A program made the position numbers and the translations under genes. From contig CAWFGO010000003.1 of assembly GCA_963815455.1 (NCBI GenBank), positions 576,001 through 640,000 of the forward strand: a stretch of 64,000 nucleotides of DNA, written 5' to 3'. The notes under the pieces are model-generated. The model did not search any database and was not told where the DNA came from. It worked only from the letters and a program-made list of their open reading frames with translations. The stretch is from an uncultured Verrucomicrobiae bacterium. Lineage in GTDB: Bacteria > Verrucomicrobiota > Verrucomicrobiia > Chthoniobacterales > UBA10450. Of the stretch, positions 9,236 to 21,352 are shown piece by piece; positions within the stretch are counted from its first letter, which is position 1, and the number at the start of each line of letters is the position of its first letter.

Positions 9236-10195
9236 TCATTTCGGGGCGGGAAATATGATTAGGTTAATGTCGCCCAGACGGCGGCTGCAGAGGATCTTCA
9301 TTCCATCCGGCGACCATCTTGGATTTGTGAATTCGCCCAGCGCGGTGTCCGTCAACTGCCGCGCACCGCTGCCGTCGCGATTCATCACGAAAAGTTGAAA
9401 TCGATCAACCACACGTCGCGAAAAAATAATGCGCTTGCCATCCGACGACCATGCCGGCCATCCATCCAGTTTCGATTCGCCGGAAACGTTGCGATCATTC
9501 GAGCCGTCCGCGTTCATCAAAAAGATCTGCGAGAGTTCACCCTGGACCCGGCGGTGCAGGATCGACATCCCATCGAGCGAAAAGGATGCATAGGTGTAGC
9601 CGCCTCCTGTTGTAACTCTCTTTAGATCGCCGCCATCGGGTGGAATCATGGCCAGATCCATTTTCTCATCGATCTTTTCACCAACTACCTTGTTATCGCT
9701 TGGGACGTTTCTGCCGTCGGCCGCGGTCGCGCCGGCAAAATGGGTGGTATTAAAAAGAATCCGCGCGCTGTCCGGCGACCACATCGGATGAATATTTTCC
9801 GCGTTACCCTTCGTGAGCTGACGCACATCGCTGCCATCCGCGTTCATTACGCAAATCTGCGAAACACCCGCACGGATCGACACGAACGCGATTTTCTTCC
9901 CGTCGGGCGACCAAGCCGGCGAATCGTCCTCGTCCTCGCCGAACGTTAACTGGCGCATGTCGCTGCCGTGATTGCTGCTGCTCGCGTCCATCACGTGAAC
10001 CTTCATTCCCCCGTGCCGGCTCGAGATGAGCACAATCTGCCGGCCATCAGGCGACCAAAACGGCTCGTAATCAACAACGTAGGTAAATGACTTAACGCGC
10101 TTGAGTGGAAAATCCTCGGCACTCGACCCAGCCGCGCCGAGCAAAAGCGCAACCAAGGGAAAAACAACGCTGCGTCTCACGCTTAGAGCTTCCAT
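9236..10195 (-). CDS. Secreted TolB-like beta-propeller (PD40 repeats)
   Basis: Signal peptide and repeated P.WSPDG / MNADGS..RQLT units. Confidence 0.88.
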   Translation of the reverse strand: MEALSVRRSVVFPLVALLLGAAGSSAEDFPLKRVKSFTYVVDYEPFWSPDGRQIVLISSRHGGMKVHVMDASSSNHGSDMRQLTFGEDEDDSPAWSPDGKKIAFVSIRAGVSQICVMNADGSDVRQLTKGNAENIHPMWSPDSARILFNTTHFAGATAADGRNVPSDNKVVGEKIDEKMDLAMIPPDGGDLKRVTTGGGYTYASFSLDGMSILHRRVQGELSQIFLMNADGSNDRNVSGESKLDGWPAWSSDGKRIIFSRRVVDRFQLFVMNRDGSGARQLTDTALGEFTNPRWSPDGMKILCSRRLGDINLIIFPAPK

Positions 10196-11100
10196 TTCTT
10201 CGAGAGCTTTTGCTTCATCTTTTCAATGGACGCAAAAAAGTCGCCCATTTTTTCTACCCGGGCCAGGGTTTGGTCGGAGCGGAATTTCAGGAGATCGCCT
10301 TTTTTCTTTTTCAGGCAGTTGCCGACCTCATCCCATGTGACCGGGGTGGAAACAGTCGGCTCTTCCCGGGCGCGAAGTGAGTAAACGCAGATGGTCGTTT
10401 TATGTTCGTCGTTCTGGCTCCAATCGACGAACACTTTTCCTTTGCGCACTGCCTTCGACATGTTCGAGGTGACAAGCTCGCCCTGTTCGTTTTCCAGATA
10501 CTGCGCGAGCGCGCGCGCCAAGTCCTTGGTTTGATCGTAGGTGACCGGCGTATTCAGCGGCACGTAAACCTGGAGACCTTTTGAGCCGCTCGTTTTCGGG
10601 AAGCTCTTCAATTTCATTTTCGCCAACAGATCGCGCAGCCAAAGCCCGACCTGACAGCACTGAACAATGTCGGCCGGCGCGCCAGGATCGAGATCGAACA
10701 CCATCATGGTAGGGCGTTCGATGTTGCTCTTTCGCGAGAGCGACGTGTGCAATTCGAGATCGGCCAGATTCGCTGCCCAAACCAGCGTCGGCAAATCCTG
10801 GGCCAGGCAATAATTCATCATCCGATTATTACCCTCGCTCCAGACCTTCGCCGTTTTTACCCAGGCCGGCCGGTGCGACGGGCAGTTTTTCTCGTAAAAG
10901 AATTCGCCATCGACCCCGTCCGGATAACGCTTCATGGTCAGGGGCCGGTCTTTCAGATGCGGCAACAACGCGGGCGCGATGCGAATGTAATAATCGATCA
11001 CCTGCCCTTTGGTGAATCCGACTTTCGGGTACAAAACCTTGTCGAGGTTCGAGACCGAAAGTTTTTTGCCTTGGACGACGATCTCGGCTTTTTGAGGCAT
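10183..11100 (-). CDS. ligD: Stand-alone LigD primase-polymerase domain protein
   Basis: SNLDKVLYP, RYPDGV, FDLDPG, KTSGSKGLQVY and YSLRAR. Confidence 0.9.
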   Translation of the reverse strand: MPQKAEIVVQGKKLSVSNLDKVLYPKVGFTKGQVIDYYIRIAPALLPHLKDRPLTMKRYPDGVDGEFFYEKNCPSHRPAWVKTAKVWSEGNNRMMNYCLAQDLPTLVWAANLADLELHTSLSRKSNIERPTMMVFDLDPGAPADIVQCCQVGLWLRDLLAKMKLKSFPKTSGSKGLQVYVPLNTPVTYDQTKDLARALAQYLENEQGELVTSNMSKAVRKGKVFVDWSQNDEHKTTICVYSLRAREEPTVSTPVTWDEVGNCLKKKKGDLLKFRSDQTLARVEKMGDFFASIEKMKQKLSKKWKL

Positions 11101-11201
11101 TGACTCAGAACATCACATGAAGTCCACGACGATTCACAACGATTTATTCTCCTTTCCGTCTGGGCCCGCCGTGGGCCTTTGTGGCCTTTGTGTGAGATTT
11201 C

Positions 11202-12398
11202 TCAGGCAAAAAATCTCTCGGGCGAAAGCAGCGGCTGCGGCTTGCAGATGCGGGCCACGCAATGCTCCCAGCTCTCGTGTCCGCTCAGGATTTCGATTTC
11301 AACGCGCAGGAAAAAAATTGGCACCTTCACCTCCGTGTCCGGCAAATGGGGCATGCGCACCGCGTCCTTCTCGGTGGTTACGATCATTGCCAGATCGCGC
11401 CGGATGCAACGATTGACGAAGCTCTGCAGTTCCGCCTCGGTGTAATAGTGGTGATCGATGTAGCGCTTGGCCAGGTCGACTCGAGCGCCCAGCTGCTTGA
11501 GGGCTCGCTCGAAACTTTCGGGTGCGGCAATGCCGCAAATCGAACCGACAAACGCATCGCGCAGACGCTCGAGCGGTAAGCGTTCGCCGGTTTGGACATT
11601 TTGCAGATAAAGCGGCTTATGCGCGCACTCGATGATCTCGGCGGTCCGATTGTATCGCCGGATGCGCGCGATCAGCGCTTCGTTCGATTCGCCTGTGCTC
11701 TTGGTAATAAAAACGTAGCTGGCCCGACGCAAATTGCGCGGCGGCTCGCGCAGCGTCCCGCGGGGCAGCAGGAATTCGTTCCCGAAAGGCGCTTGTCGAT
11801 CCACCAACACAATATCGAGCCGATGTTTGAGATGCAGATATTGCAGCCCGTCATCGAGGAGAAGCGTATCCGCTTTCCATTTGTCGATGGCGAAGCGGCC
11901 GCTTTTTACCCGATCCTTGTCCACCAGGACAACTACATCCTTAAGATTGTGCGCCAGCATGTACGGTTCGTCGCCGGCGGTTAACGAATCGAGCAGAAGC
12001 GATTTGCCGTCGGACACAATTCTTGGAGGATCGACATCCCCGTTTCGCAGCCGATCGAGCCAGCCTCGTTTGCTCGGATGCGGCACGCTCTTGTAACCTC
12101 GGGTGAGGATGGCGACCCGTCGCCCGCCCGTTTGCAAGGCCCGCGCGAACTTTTCCACGATTGGCGTTTTGCCAGTGCCGCCTACGGTCAAGTTCCCGAT
12201 GCTAATGACCAAGCAGCCCAGCGTGCGCTCGCGAAAAATCCGTTTCCGGTAAAGGTAGAGGCGAAGTTGAACGATCCGTTCATAAATGAAAGAGAGAGCG
12301 TAGAGGAGCGCGCGCAGCATCGATGCGCGCGCGCCGCGGCGGCGCCCCAGGACAACGTCGATGCCGAACTCCTCTAGGTTTTCAAGACGCCGGCCCAT
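11202..12398 (-). CDS. lpxK: Tetraacyldisaccharide 4'-kinase
   Basis: [21 protein letters not shown] and [10 protein letters not shown]. Confidence 0.95.
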   Translation of the reverse strand: MGRRLENLEEFGIDVVLGRRRGARASMLRALLYALSFIYERIVQLRLYLYRKRIFRERTLGCLVISIGNLTVGGTGKTPIVEKFARALQTGGRRVAILTRGYKSVPHPSKRGWLDRLRNGDVDPPRIVSDGKSLLLDSLTAGDEPYMLAHNLKDVVVLVDKDRVKSGRFAIDKWKADTLLLDDGLQYLHLKHRLDIVLVDRQAPFGNEFLLPRGTLREPPRNLRRASYVFITKSTGESNEALIARIRRYNRTAEIIECAHKPLYLQNVQTGERLPLERLRDAFVGSICGIAAPESFERALKQLGARVDLAKRYIDHHYYTEAELQSFVNRCIRRDLAMIVTTEKDAVRMPHLPDTEVKVPIFFLRVEIEILSGHESWEHCVARICKPQPLLSPERFFA

Positions 12399-12405
12399 TC
12401 CGGTT

Positions 12406-12435
12406 AGTTGATAGTTGAGAGTTTATGGTTGAGAG
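12406..12435. repeat. Heptamer (GTTGAGA-like) array upstream of lpxK
   Basis: AGTTGATAGTTGAGAGTTTATGGTTGAGAG. Confidence 0.7.
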
Positions 12436-12524
12436 ACGGATCCTGGTTTATTGGGCGCATCGCCAAAAATAGGTGTCATCCCGAGCGAAGTCGAGAGATC
12501 ACGCGGTGCCTCTTTCTCCGAGAG

Positions 12525-13442
12525 ATGAAAAAGAAGTCCGAATGGATCGATTCAGTTCTGCTCCGCGAATTCGAGACGGAAGGAACCGATGTGCATCGAC
12601 TCTGTACCATCGACAACGGATGGGTGGAACGCTTTAGGCGGGATATTCTCATTTCCTACAAGAACGAACCGGCCCTGGATCGGCTGATTGCCGAACTCGA
12701 ATCGTGGGGCAAAAGCGCCGGTTTCACACCCAGCCGAATCTTCGTCCGCTTTCTCCCGCGGAAAAACGAAGAACGGGAACGGCCCCGCTTGCTGGTGGGC
12801 GACGCCAACGAAGATTTGCAAACAGTCGTGACCGAACGGCAGCTCCGGTTCGGGATCGATTTCAGCGCCGGCTATTCGGTTGGCTTGTTTATCGATCAAC
12901 GAGAAAATCGCAGTTACCCGCGCAAGATCGCGTCGAAGAGGTTATTAAACTGCTTCGCTTACACCTGCTCGTTTTCCGTGGCGGCGGCTTCAACCGGAAC
13001 AACGACGGTCAATGTCGATCTTTCGAACAAATCACTCGCACGTGGCCGGGAAAATTTCTCTCTCAATGATCTCCCGATGAATGATCACCGTTTCGTCGCG
13101 GACGATGTCATGTCCGTCCTGCCGCGGTTCGCGCGCAAAGGAGAAAAATTTGATGCGATCATTCTCGATCCGCCGACGTTCTCGCGCTCGCATCGCGGCA
13201 AAGTATTTCATGCTGAAAACGATTTTGAGACGTTGTTGCTGGCTGCATTGGATGTGGCCGAGCGCAACGCATCGATCCTGCTCTCGACAAACTGCTCGAC
13301 ATTAAAAGAAAGCGCGCTCGAAACGATGGGACGTTATTGCCTGAAAGTCTCGCGGCGGGGCGGCACATTTCACCGGACGCCTCCCCTGGCCGATTTTCCG
13401 CCCGGTGCAGGCGCGAGCACAACCTGGCTAACTTTACGTTGA
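12525..13442 (+). CDS. Class I SAM-dependent methyltransferase (RlmI/RlmK-like)
   Basis: GLFIDQRENR, LNCFAYTCSFSV and FDAIILDPPTF. Confidence 0.9.
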   Translation: MKKKSEWIDSVLLREFETEGTDVHRLCTIDNGWVERFRRDILISYKNEPALDRLIAELESWGKSAGFTPSRIFVRFLPRKNEERERPRLLVGDANEDLQTVVTERQLRFGIDFSAGYSVGLFIDQRENRSYPRKIASKRLLNCFAYTCSFSVAAASTGTTTVNVDLSNKSLARGRENFSLNDLPMNDHRFVADDVMSVLPRFARKGEKFDAIILDPPTFSRSHRGKVFHAENDFETLLLAALDVAERNASILLSTNCSTLKESALETMGRYCLKVSRRGGTFHRTPPLADFPPGAGASTTWLTLR

Positions 13443-13492
13443 CCGAGGTCACACCCGCGGACAATGATTGCGGAGGGATATTATATTGCCAT

Positions 13493-13759
13493 ATGGACGA
13501 ATCAGAAGATTTCTCGCAGCACAGTCTTCAATACGCCAAAGACCAATTCGACGCGGTCCTGAGCCAAACTGAAGATTACGTTCGCGAAAAGCCCGCGCAG
13601 TCGCTTCTCTACGCGTTTCTTGCCGGTTTTATTGTAAATCGATTGCCGGTCGGCCGAATCGTCGGCGGCGTGTTTCGACTTTCATTGCTTGCGCTCAAGC
13701 CGGCGATTCTCATCTACGGCGCGACCAAGCTGTATCAGGCGACGCAGGAAGAAGAATAG
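13493..13759 (+). CDS. Small membrane-anchored protein (ElaB/DUF883-like)
   Basis: EDYVREKPAQSLLYAFLAGF pattern. Confidence 0.65.
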   Translation: MDESEDFSQHSLQYAKDQFDAVLSQTEDYVREKPAQSLLYAFLAGFIVNRLPVGRIVGGVFRLSLLALKPAILIYGATKLYQATQEEE

Positions 13760-13824
13760 CCTGTAGCGGCGGTCTCTGACCGACGGACGAATCATGCGGC
13801 GCTGACCAAGAGGCCGCGACAAAT

Positions 13825-14034
13825 TCAATCGTCCAGCGTGAAGCCAATCTTGAGCGTGACCTGCCAGTGATCGATCTTGTCCTTGTCGATGTAACCGCGG
13901 GTCTCGACCACCTCGAACCAGCGCATGTTACGCACAGTCTTCGCCGCGCGGGTCAGCGCATTCTTCACCGCTTCGTCAAAACTCTTCGGCGACGAACCAA
14001 CCAGCTCGATTTTTTTGTAAGTATGATCTGCCAT
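13825..14034 (-). CDS. Dodecin
   Basis: YKKIELVGSS, WFEVVETRG and WQVTLKIGF. Confidence 0.95.
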   Translation of the reverse strand: MADHTYKKIELVGSSPKSFDEAVKNALTRAAKTVRNMRWFEVVETRGYIDKDKIDHWQVTLKIGFTLDD

Positions 14035-14153
14035 GTCTGCATTCTTCCGGTTCGCTCCCGAGAAAACAAGAATAACTCACGAGGCGCACGGCCCAGATTC
14101 GCCATTTGGACGGGTTGACCGTTCTCACCGACAACGATATTAAAAAACTACGC

Positions 14154-16101
<1,948 letters not shown>

Positions 16102-16146
16102 CGCCTGGCCATTGTCGATCCTGTTGCGTTCGACTAACCTTCCCAT

Positions 16147-18018
16147 GTGAGCTTTATACGCACAGGCCTGCGCGAAATCGGATTAAAGGTCCGGCGGCAG
16201 CGCACCCGCATGGCGCTTCGGCACGAGAAGCGGCTTTTGCAGAAGAGCGAGATCGCCCTTGGCCGGGAGGGAACGTCGCAGGCGGGAAACTTTCCAGAGC
16301 TGCGCACCGAGATCGTGGCGTTGAAGAAATTGGAGCAGGAACAGAAAGAGGTGGCCCTGCGAATTGCCCAGATCGAAGAGGGCATTAAGAAGATCGAGAC
16401 GGAACGCGAACAAAACAAGCGCGAGCAAAGCGAAACGATCGAAAAACTGGAGACGGAGAAAAAACCGGTTCTACAGAAGCGGAATCAGGCAAAAAGCGCG
16501 GCTGAAATTTGCGAGCGCGAATTGGCCGCGGTGGAAAAGCGCGTCGCAGAAAACGACGCAGCCGATCGCGATCTGGTAAGAAAACTCGAAGAGTTGCAGG
16601 CGATCACACCACGGCCAGCCGATCTGGAGGCGCAGTCAACCAGCATCGCGGCGCGACGCGCCCGGTTGCCGGAAGAAAAAGCCGAACTTGTCCGGGCCCG
16701 GCTCGGCAGCACCGAAGCCGCCCGGTTGGCGAAGGAAAAGCTCGCCGCCGCAGAAGCTGAACTCGCCGTCGTTGAAAAAAATATCGAAAAGGTCCGCGCA
16801 GAATTCGAGGCGCGCGACAAGGCGTTGACTGAGAATATCCGCACCCAACAGGAAGCCGTAGACGAAGCCAAGGCACATCATGAAACCGTGGAGGAGCGGA
16901 AAAATCCGGCCTATTTGAACATCGGGCGGCATCTCGCTTCGCAAGGGATCGCGCCACCGAACGCGCCGCAATTGCTCGCCGAAGCGCAACGGCGCCGCAC
17001 CGCGGTGGATCGACATCTCGAGCACACGGCCGAGCTGGCGCTGCTTTCCAGCCAGATCGACAAACAGGAACTGCGAAAGTTTTATTTCAGCGTGGTTTCC
17101 GTGCTCGCGCTGCTGGCGATCATTCTGCCGCTGGTTTTCCAATCTCCGCCGAAACGCGAATGGTTGCCGCTCGAAACGGACGCTATTTTGTCAATCAACT
17201 CGGATCAATTCGACCGCGATGATCTGCCCAAACGCTGGCGAAAGGATTTGCCAGATGATTGGCCGAAGATCTGGTCCGGTTTGATTGGCCCGGCGGCCCG
17301 AACACCCGGGCTGACTCTGCCGCGCGATGCCCTTCGGATCACCCGAGCCCTAACGACAAATGAGACTGGCCAGACACGCGAATTCATTCTGGTCGAAACG
17401 CGGGGGGAGGCTTCGCGCGTTATGGACGCAATTAACCGCGACAAGAACTTCGACAAGCGCGTCATCAGCGGTCTGCCGGTTTGGGAGCGGCCCGATCTCG
17501 CAGTGTCGCGAGTAGGTCCCACTACATTGGCGGTGGGTGCATCGAGTGAAGTGAACGAGTTGGTTCGGGTTCGGCTCGGGATCGATTCGGACCTGAAAAT
17601 CACCGGCCAACTCCTGGACAGTTTCCAGTCGCTCGATCGCGAGAGCACGCTGCGGTTGATCTCGCGCAACCCGCCGGACCTGTCGCGGGTCTTTCAACCA
17701 GTCTTTACCCGCGAACTGCTCGATGCGGCGCAATTGCTCGGCCTTGCGCTCAACCTGCAGAATCCAGTAAAAGCCAGGTTGCTCTTGAAATTGAGTTCGC
17801 CCGAAGCCGCCTCCGAGTTTGCGCGCACTTTGAAAGACGAACCACAACGCTGGCTGCGTCTGGAGGATTCGGATTTGTTGCTCTACCTGCAGCCACCGGA
17901 GATTCAAAGACAAGGCGCGACCATGGAATTGCGTTTCACCATTCCCGACGCCAGTGCGCGCCTTTTGCTCCAACGCATCGCAAAAGCAGGTGAGTCGACT
18001 GTGGCGGTAACACGGTAG
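16147..18018 (+). CDS. Hypothetical coiled-coil / TM / extracytoplasmic protein
   Basis: 623-aa ORF with an E/K/A-rich helical N-terminal half and one TM segment. Confidence 0.75.
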   Translation: MSFIRTGLREIGLKVRRQRTRMALRHEKRLLQKSEIALGREGTSQAGNFPELRTEIVALKKLEQEQKEVALRIAQIEEGIKKIETEREQNKREQSETIEKLETEKKPVLQKRNQAKSAAEICERELAAVEKRVAENDAADRDLVRKLEELQAITPRPADLEAQSTSIAARRARLPEEKAELVRARLGSTEAARLAKEKLAAAEAELAVVEKNIEKVRAEFEARDKALTENIRTQQEAVDEAKAHHETVEERKNPAYLNIGRHLASQGIAPPNAPQLLAEAQRRRTAVDRHLEHTAELALLSSQIDKQELRKFYFSVVSVLALLAIILPLVFQSPPKREWLPLETDAILSINSDQFDRDDLPKRWRKDLPDDWPKIWSGLIGPAARTPGLTLPRDALRITRALTTNETGQTREFILVETRGEASRVMDAINRDKNFDKRVISGLPVWERPDLAVSRVGPTTLAVGASSEVNELVRVRLGIDSDLKITGQLLDSFQSLDRESTLRLISRNPPDLSRVFQPVFTRELLDAAQLLGLALNLQNPVKARLLLKLSSPEAASEFARTLKDEPQRWLRLEDSDLLLYLQPPEIQRQGATMELRFTIPDASARLLLQRIAKAGESTVAVTR

Positions 18019-18020
18019 AC

Positions 18021-18704
18021 ATGAAACAGGAACGCTTCATTCCCAGGGGCCGCCTTTGGCGTCTCATTGCCATATCAACGGCGGCGACGGCGTTTCATGC
18101 GGCGCAGGCGCAGGATAATATTCCGTTGGTAAACATAAAGTCGGTGGATCCTTCGATCGTTGTCGAGTTGCGCTACGCCAGCTCGAAAAATCTTGCCGGT
18201 CGTCCGTTGTATCCGCCGAAAACAGCGGCTCTTGTTCGTCCCGAGGTTGCCCAACGGCTGGCCGTGGCCCAGGCCATTCTCAAGCGCTATCAATATTCAT
18301 TGAAAATCTGGGACGCCTACCGGCCGCAGTCGGTGCAAGTGGAGCTGTGGAAGGCGGCGGGCAAGAACGACTACGTGGCAAATCCGGATGCCGGCGCGGG
18401 TTCGTTGCACAAGTGGGGCGTGGCTGTCGATGCGACTCTCACCGATTTCTACAACCGGCCGGTCAGTATGCCTACCGATTACGACAATTTCACCCCGGCC
18501 GCGATGTGGAAATATCAGGGGGCCGATCCCGCCATTCGCTCGCACCTTTATCTACTGCAAGCCTCGATGCGCGACGCCGGATTCCTCGGACTCCGCACTG
18601 AGTGGTGGCATTTCACCGTCGAAGGCTGGGAAAAATTCCTGCCACCGGAAGAAGCGAAGCGGGCCCTGGAAGTTTTCGGCACAAAGTGGGAAGGGAAATT
18701 ATGA
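18021..18704 (+). CDS. ddpX: D-Ala-D-Ala dipeptidase (M15, VanX/DdpX-like) with signal peptide
   Basis: WDAYRP, SLHKWGVAVD and EWWHF. Confidence 0.88.
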   Translation: MKQERFIPRGRLWRLIAISTAATAFHAAQAQDNIPLVNIKSVDPSIVVELRYASSKNLAGRPLYPPKTAALVRPEVAQRLAVAQAILKRYQYSLKIWDAYRPQSVQVELWKAAGKNDYVANPDAGAGSLHKWGVAVDATLTDFYNRPVSMPTDYDNFTPAAMWKYQGADPAIRSHLYLLQASMRDAGFLGLRTEWWHFTVEGWEKFLPPEEAKRALEVFGTKWEGKL

Positions 18705-19210
18705 TCGACACCCTGCTCCGGGATTTGCGCCAGCCTGAATACATCCACGTGCTGCTCAATCCGTTGCCGGTCTATGGGCTGCTGGTGGGCTGGATCGGAT
18801 TACTTATCGCAATTTTTCTGCGAAGCCGGCCTGCGACAATCGCCACGCTCGCCCTCGTCATGATCAGCGCGGCCTCGGCCTGGCCTGTATATGAATACGG
18901 CGAAGATGCCTACGATCGGGTCCTGTCAATGACGGACGACCCCGGCCACGCCTGGCTGGACGAACACAAGGATCGCGCCGAGGACCTCATCTATTTCTTT
19001 TACGCGCTCGCAGTTTTGAGCGCTGCCGCTATCGCACTCCCGATTAAGTGGCCGAAGTTGTCGTTGCCGTTTGCGATCGCTGTGCTTCTGCTTGGTGCGG
19101 TCACCCTGGGAACAGGCACCTACATCGCTTACGCCGGCGGCAAGATTCGGCACAAAGAGTTCCGCAACGAGCCTCCGCCACCGCCAAGACCTGAGCACGA
19201 GCACGACTAG
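18701..19210 (+). CDS. Membrane protein (DUF2231-like)
   Basis: 4 TM segments; HVLLNPLP and GGKIRH. Confidence 0.7.
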   Translation: MIDTLLRDLRQPEYIHVLLNPLPVYGLLVGWIGLLIAIFLRSRPATIATLALVMISAASAWPVYEYGEDAYDRVLSMTDDPGHAWLDEHKDRAEDLIYFFYALAVLSAAAIALPIKWPKLSLPFAIAVLLLGAVTLGTGTYIAYAGGKIRHKEFRNEPPPPPRPEHEHD

Positions 19211-19365
19211 GATCGAAGGTGGATCGCGACCTCCGGGCGCGATGCTAAATCAATCGCGGCGCAGCCGCGCAAGCAAATCAATAGTCGCCTCGACGGAGTC
19301 TCGCCCTACCGGTAATGGGCCAGATTTCGATTCGGCAACGCGGGCGATTGCCCTAGAATCCCGCC

Positions 19366-20784
19366 GTGACAACGGAATTCAACCAGACGGAACGCGATGT
19401 CGAACAGCACAGCATCGCGCTCAAGAAGCCGCTCGGGTTGCGCGATCTCGTTCTCATGCAGATTGTCTTTGTCGTCGGTTCGAGCTGGGTTGGCGCCGCC
19501 GCGAAACTCGGCTCGGCTCACCTGTTTTTCTGGCTGCTCGCGATCTGCCTTTTCTACATTCCGCAGGCTGCGGTCGTTATTTATTTAAACAGGCGCATGC
19601 CCCTGGAGGGCGGGATCTACCAGTGGGCCAAGCTTGGGTTTAACGAATTTGTCGGATTCATCGTGGCTTGGAATCTCTGGCTGCTCTCCATCACCGTGAT
19701 CGCGCTGGGCGGCATGTTTGTGACCACCAATCTTTCCTACGCAATTGGCGAAAGCGCCACCTGGATGCCGCACAGCAAATGGTGCGTATCGCTAATCAGC
19801 TGCGCGCTGGTGGCCGGCCTTGCCTGGACGGCCGTTCGCGGCCTTGCCCTCGGCAAATGGGTCAACAATATCGGCGCACTGGCAATGTTTCTTGCCTATG
19901 GCGCGCTTATCGTCCTGCCTTTCATCGCCCTCGCCCGTGGGGATCTGAAAGAATATCACCCGGTCCAGTTCGCCCTCCCAACCGTGTCGATCTTCTTTTG
20001 CCTGAACATCTTCACCAAACTTTCGGTCGGTGCGCTGAGCGGCTTCGAGTATGTCGCGATTCTCGCGGGCGAAGCGCGCTCGCCCGCGCGAAACATCGGC
20101 CGCTCCGTCATGATCGCGTCTCCAATCATCGCGCTGATGTTCATTCTCGGCACCAGCTCAGTCCTTGCTTTTGTCGGCAACAATCAAATCGATCTCATCG
20201 GCCCGGTGCCGCAAACGCTGCGGCTGGGCCTCCGTTTTTTCCCAATCGCCGGCGCCATCGCTTCCGTGGGAATCATTATGATGACGGTTCGATCAATCTC
20301 GGCGACGAGCATTCATCTGATCGGCAGCTCGCGACTACCGATGGTCGCGGGATGGGACCGGCTTTTGCCGGCATGGTTCTCGGGGTTACATCCTCGATAC
20401 AAAACACCGATCAATTCGATTCTGTTTGTCGGCGCCGTCACGGCAATCCTCGCCATCACCAGCCAGATCGGAACCGGAATCCAGGAAGCGTTTCAACTCG
20501 TCGATAACGCCGCGAACGTTTTTTATGGAATCGTTTATTTCGTTCTCTTCGCCATTCCCATCGTCGGCGCAAAAGCGATTCGATCCGGCGCGCGGCTCTG
20601 GCTCCGAGTCGCGGCCGTGTGCGGACTCACCGTTTGCCTGCTAACCATCTTTTTTACCGTCTACCCGATCATCGACGTACCCAATCCGATGATCTTCGGC
20701 GCAAAGATCATCGTTGTGACCGCGATCGCGAACCTGATCGGCGTGATCATCTTTGCGATCGGCCAAAAACGCCGCCGCGCCTAG
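19366..20784 (+). CDS. APC-family amino acid permease
   Basis: About 12 TM segments; EGGIYQW and SGFE...AGE. Confidence 0.9.
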   Translation: MTTEFNQTERDVEQHSIALKKPLGLRDLVLMQIVFVVGSSWVGAAAKLGSAHLFFWLLAICLFYIPQAAVVIYLNRRMPLEGGIYQWAKLGFNEFVGFIVAWNLWLLSITVIALGGMFVTTNLSYAIGESATWMPHSKWCVSLISCALVAGLAWTAVRGLALGKWVNNIGALAMFLAYGALIVLPFIALARGDLKEYHPVQFALPTVSIFFCLNIFTKLSVGALSGFEYVAILAGEARSPARNIGRSVMIASPIIALMFILGTSSVLAFVGNNQIDLIGPVPQTLRLGLRFFPIAGAIASVGIIMMTVRSISATSIHLIGSSRLPMVAGWDRLLPAWFSGLHPRYKTPINSILFVGAVTAILAITSQIGTGIQEAFQLVDNAANVFYGIVYFVLFAIPIVGAKAIRSGARLWLRVAAVCGLTVCLLTIFFTVYPIIDVPNPMIFGAKIIVVTAIANLIGVIIFAIGQKRRRA

Positions 20785-20792
20785 GAAAGAAC

Positions 20793-21059
20793 TCATTTGA
20801 CTTGTGCGATGGAGAGCAGCGATACCGTTTCTTCATCGAACATGTAATATAGCGAAACTTGTTCGCCATTGATTGGAGTCATTGGCAGGAACCAGATATC
20901 TGATCCTGGCTCAAGCTGAAACCCAACCTCTGGGTCACGCACCAACAGAAACTCAGCCCCTTCCACAAACCGGTCGGCATCGATTGCATCAGCAATCAAT
21001 GCCCGTAGCTCGCGTTCGAAACGATGTTCCCGGATGACGCGACGAAGACGATCGGCCAC
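20793..21059 (-). CDS. Small hypothetical protein, possibly RelE/HigB-like fold
   Basis: 88 aa with L..DPEVG...YYMFDEETVSLLSI pattern. Confidence 0.55.
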   Translation of the reverse strand: MADRLRRVIREHRFERELRALIADAIDADRFVEGAEFLLVRDPEVGFQLEPGSDIWFLPMTPINGEQVSLYYMFDEETVSLLSIAQVK

Positions 21060-21070
21060 GCAGGGAAAAC

Positions 21071-21304
21071 TTAATTTGCGCGGGCAAGCTTGCGGGTTTT
21101 CTGGCCGTTTCGCGCGGCTCTGCGCAAATCCCGTGCACGGGGCTCGAGCGATTTTCCATATGCCCGCTCGGCGGCGGTCGGTTTGCGAAAATCGATAAGA
21201 TCGACTCCGGCAGGAATATTTTCCTTTTTCTCGCGGGCGATAATAGCCAGCGCGCGCCGCTTGCGCGATTGCGCATCATGGGAAGCCGGCGACCTTACTT
21301 TCAT
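21071..21304 (-). CDS. Small basic hypothetical protein
   Basis: 77 aa, co-oriented upstream of the 20793 ORF; TAGCGT lies 7 nt before the ATG. Confidence 0.55.
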   Translation of the reverse strand: MKVRSPASHDAQSRKRRALAIIAREKKENIPAGVDLIDFRKPTAAERAYGKSLEPRARDLRRAARNGQKTRKLARAN

Positions 21305-21352
21305 ACCACATACGCTAGCATTTCGCGGGCCGGTTCGTCAAAGGGTGATCCT

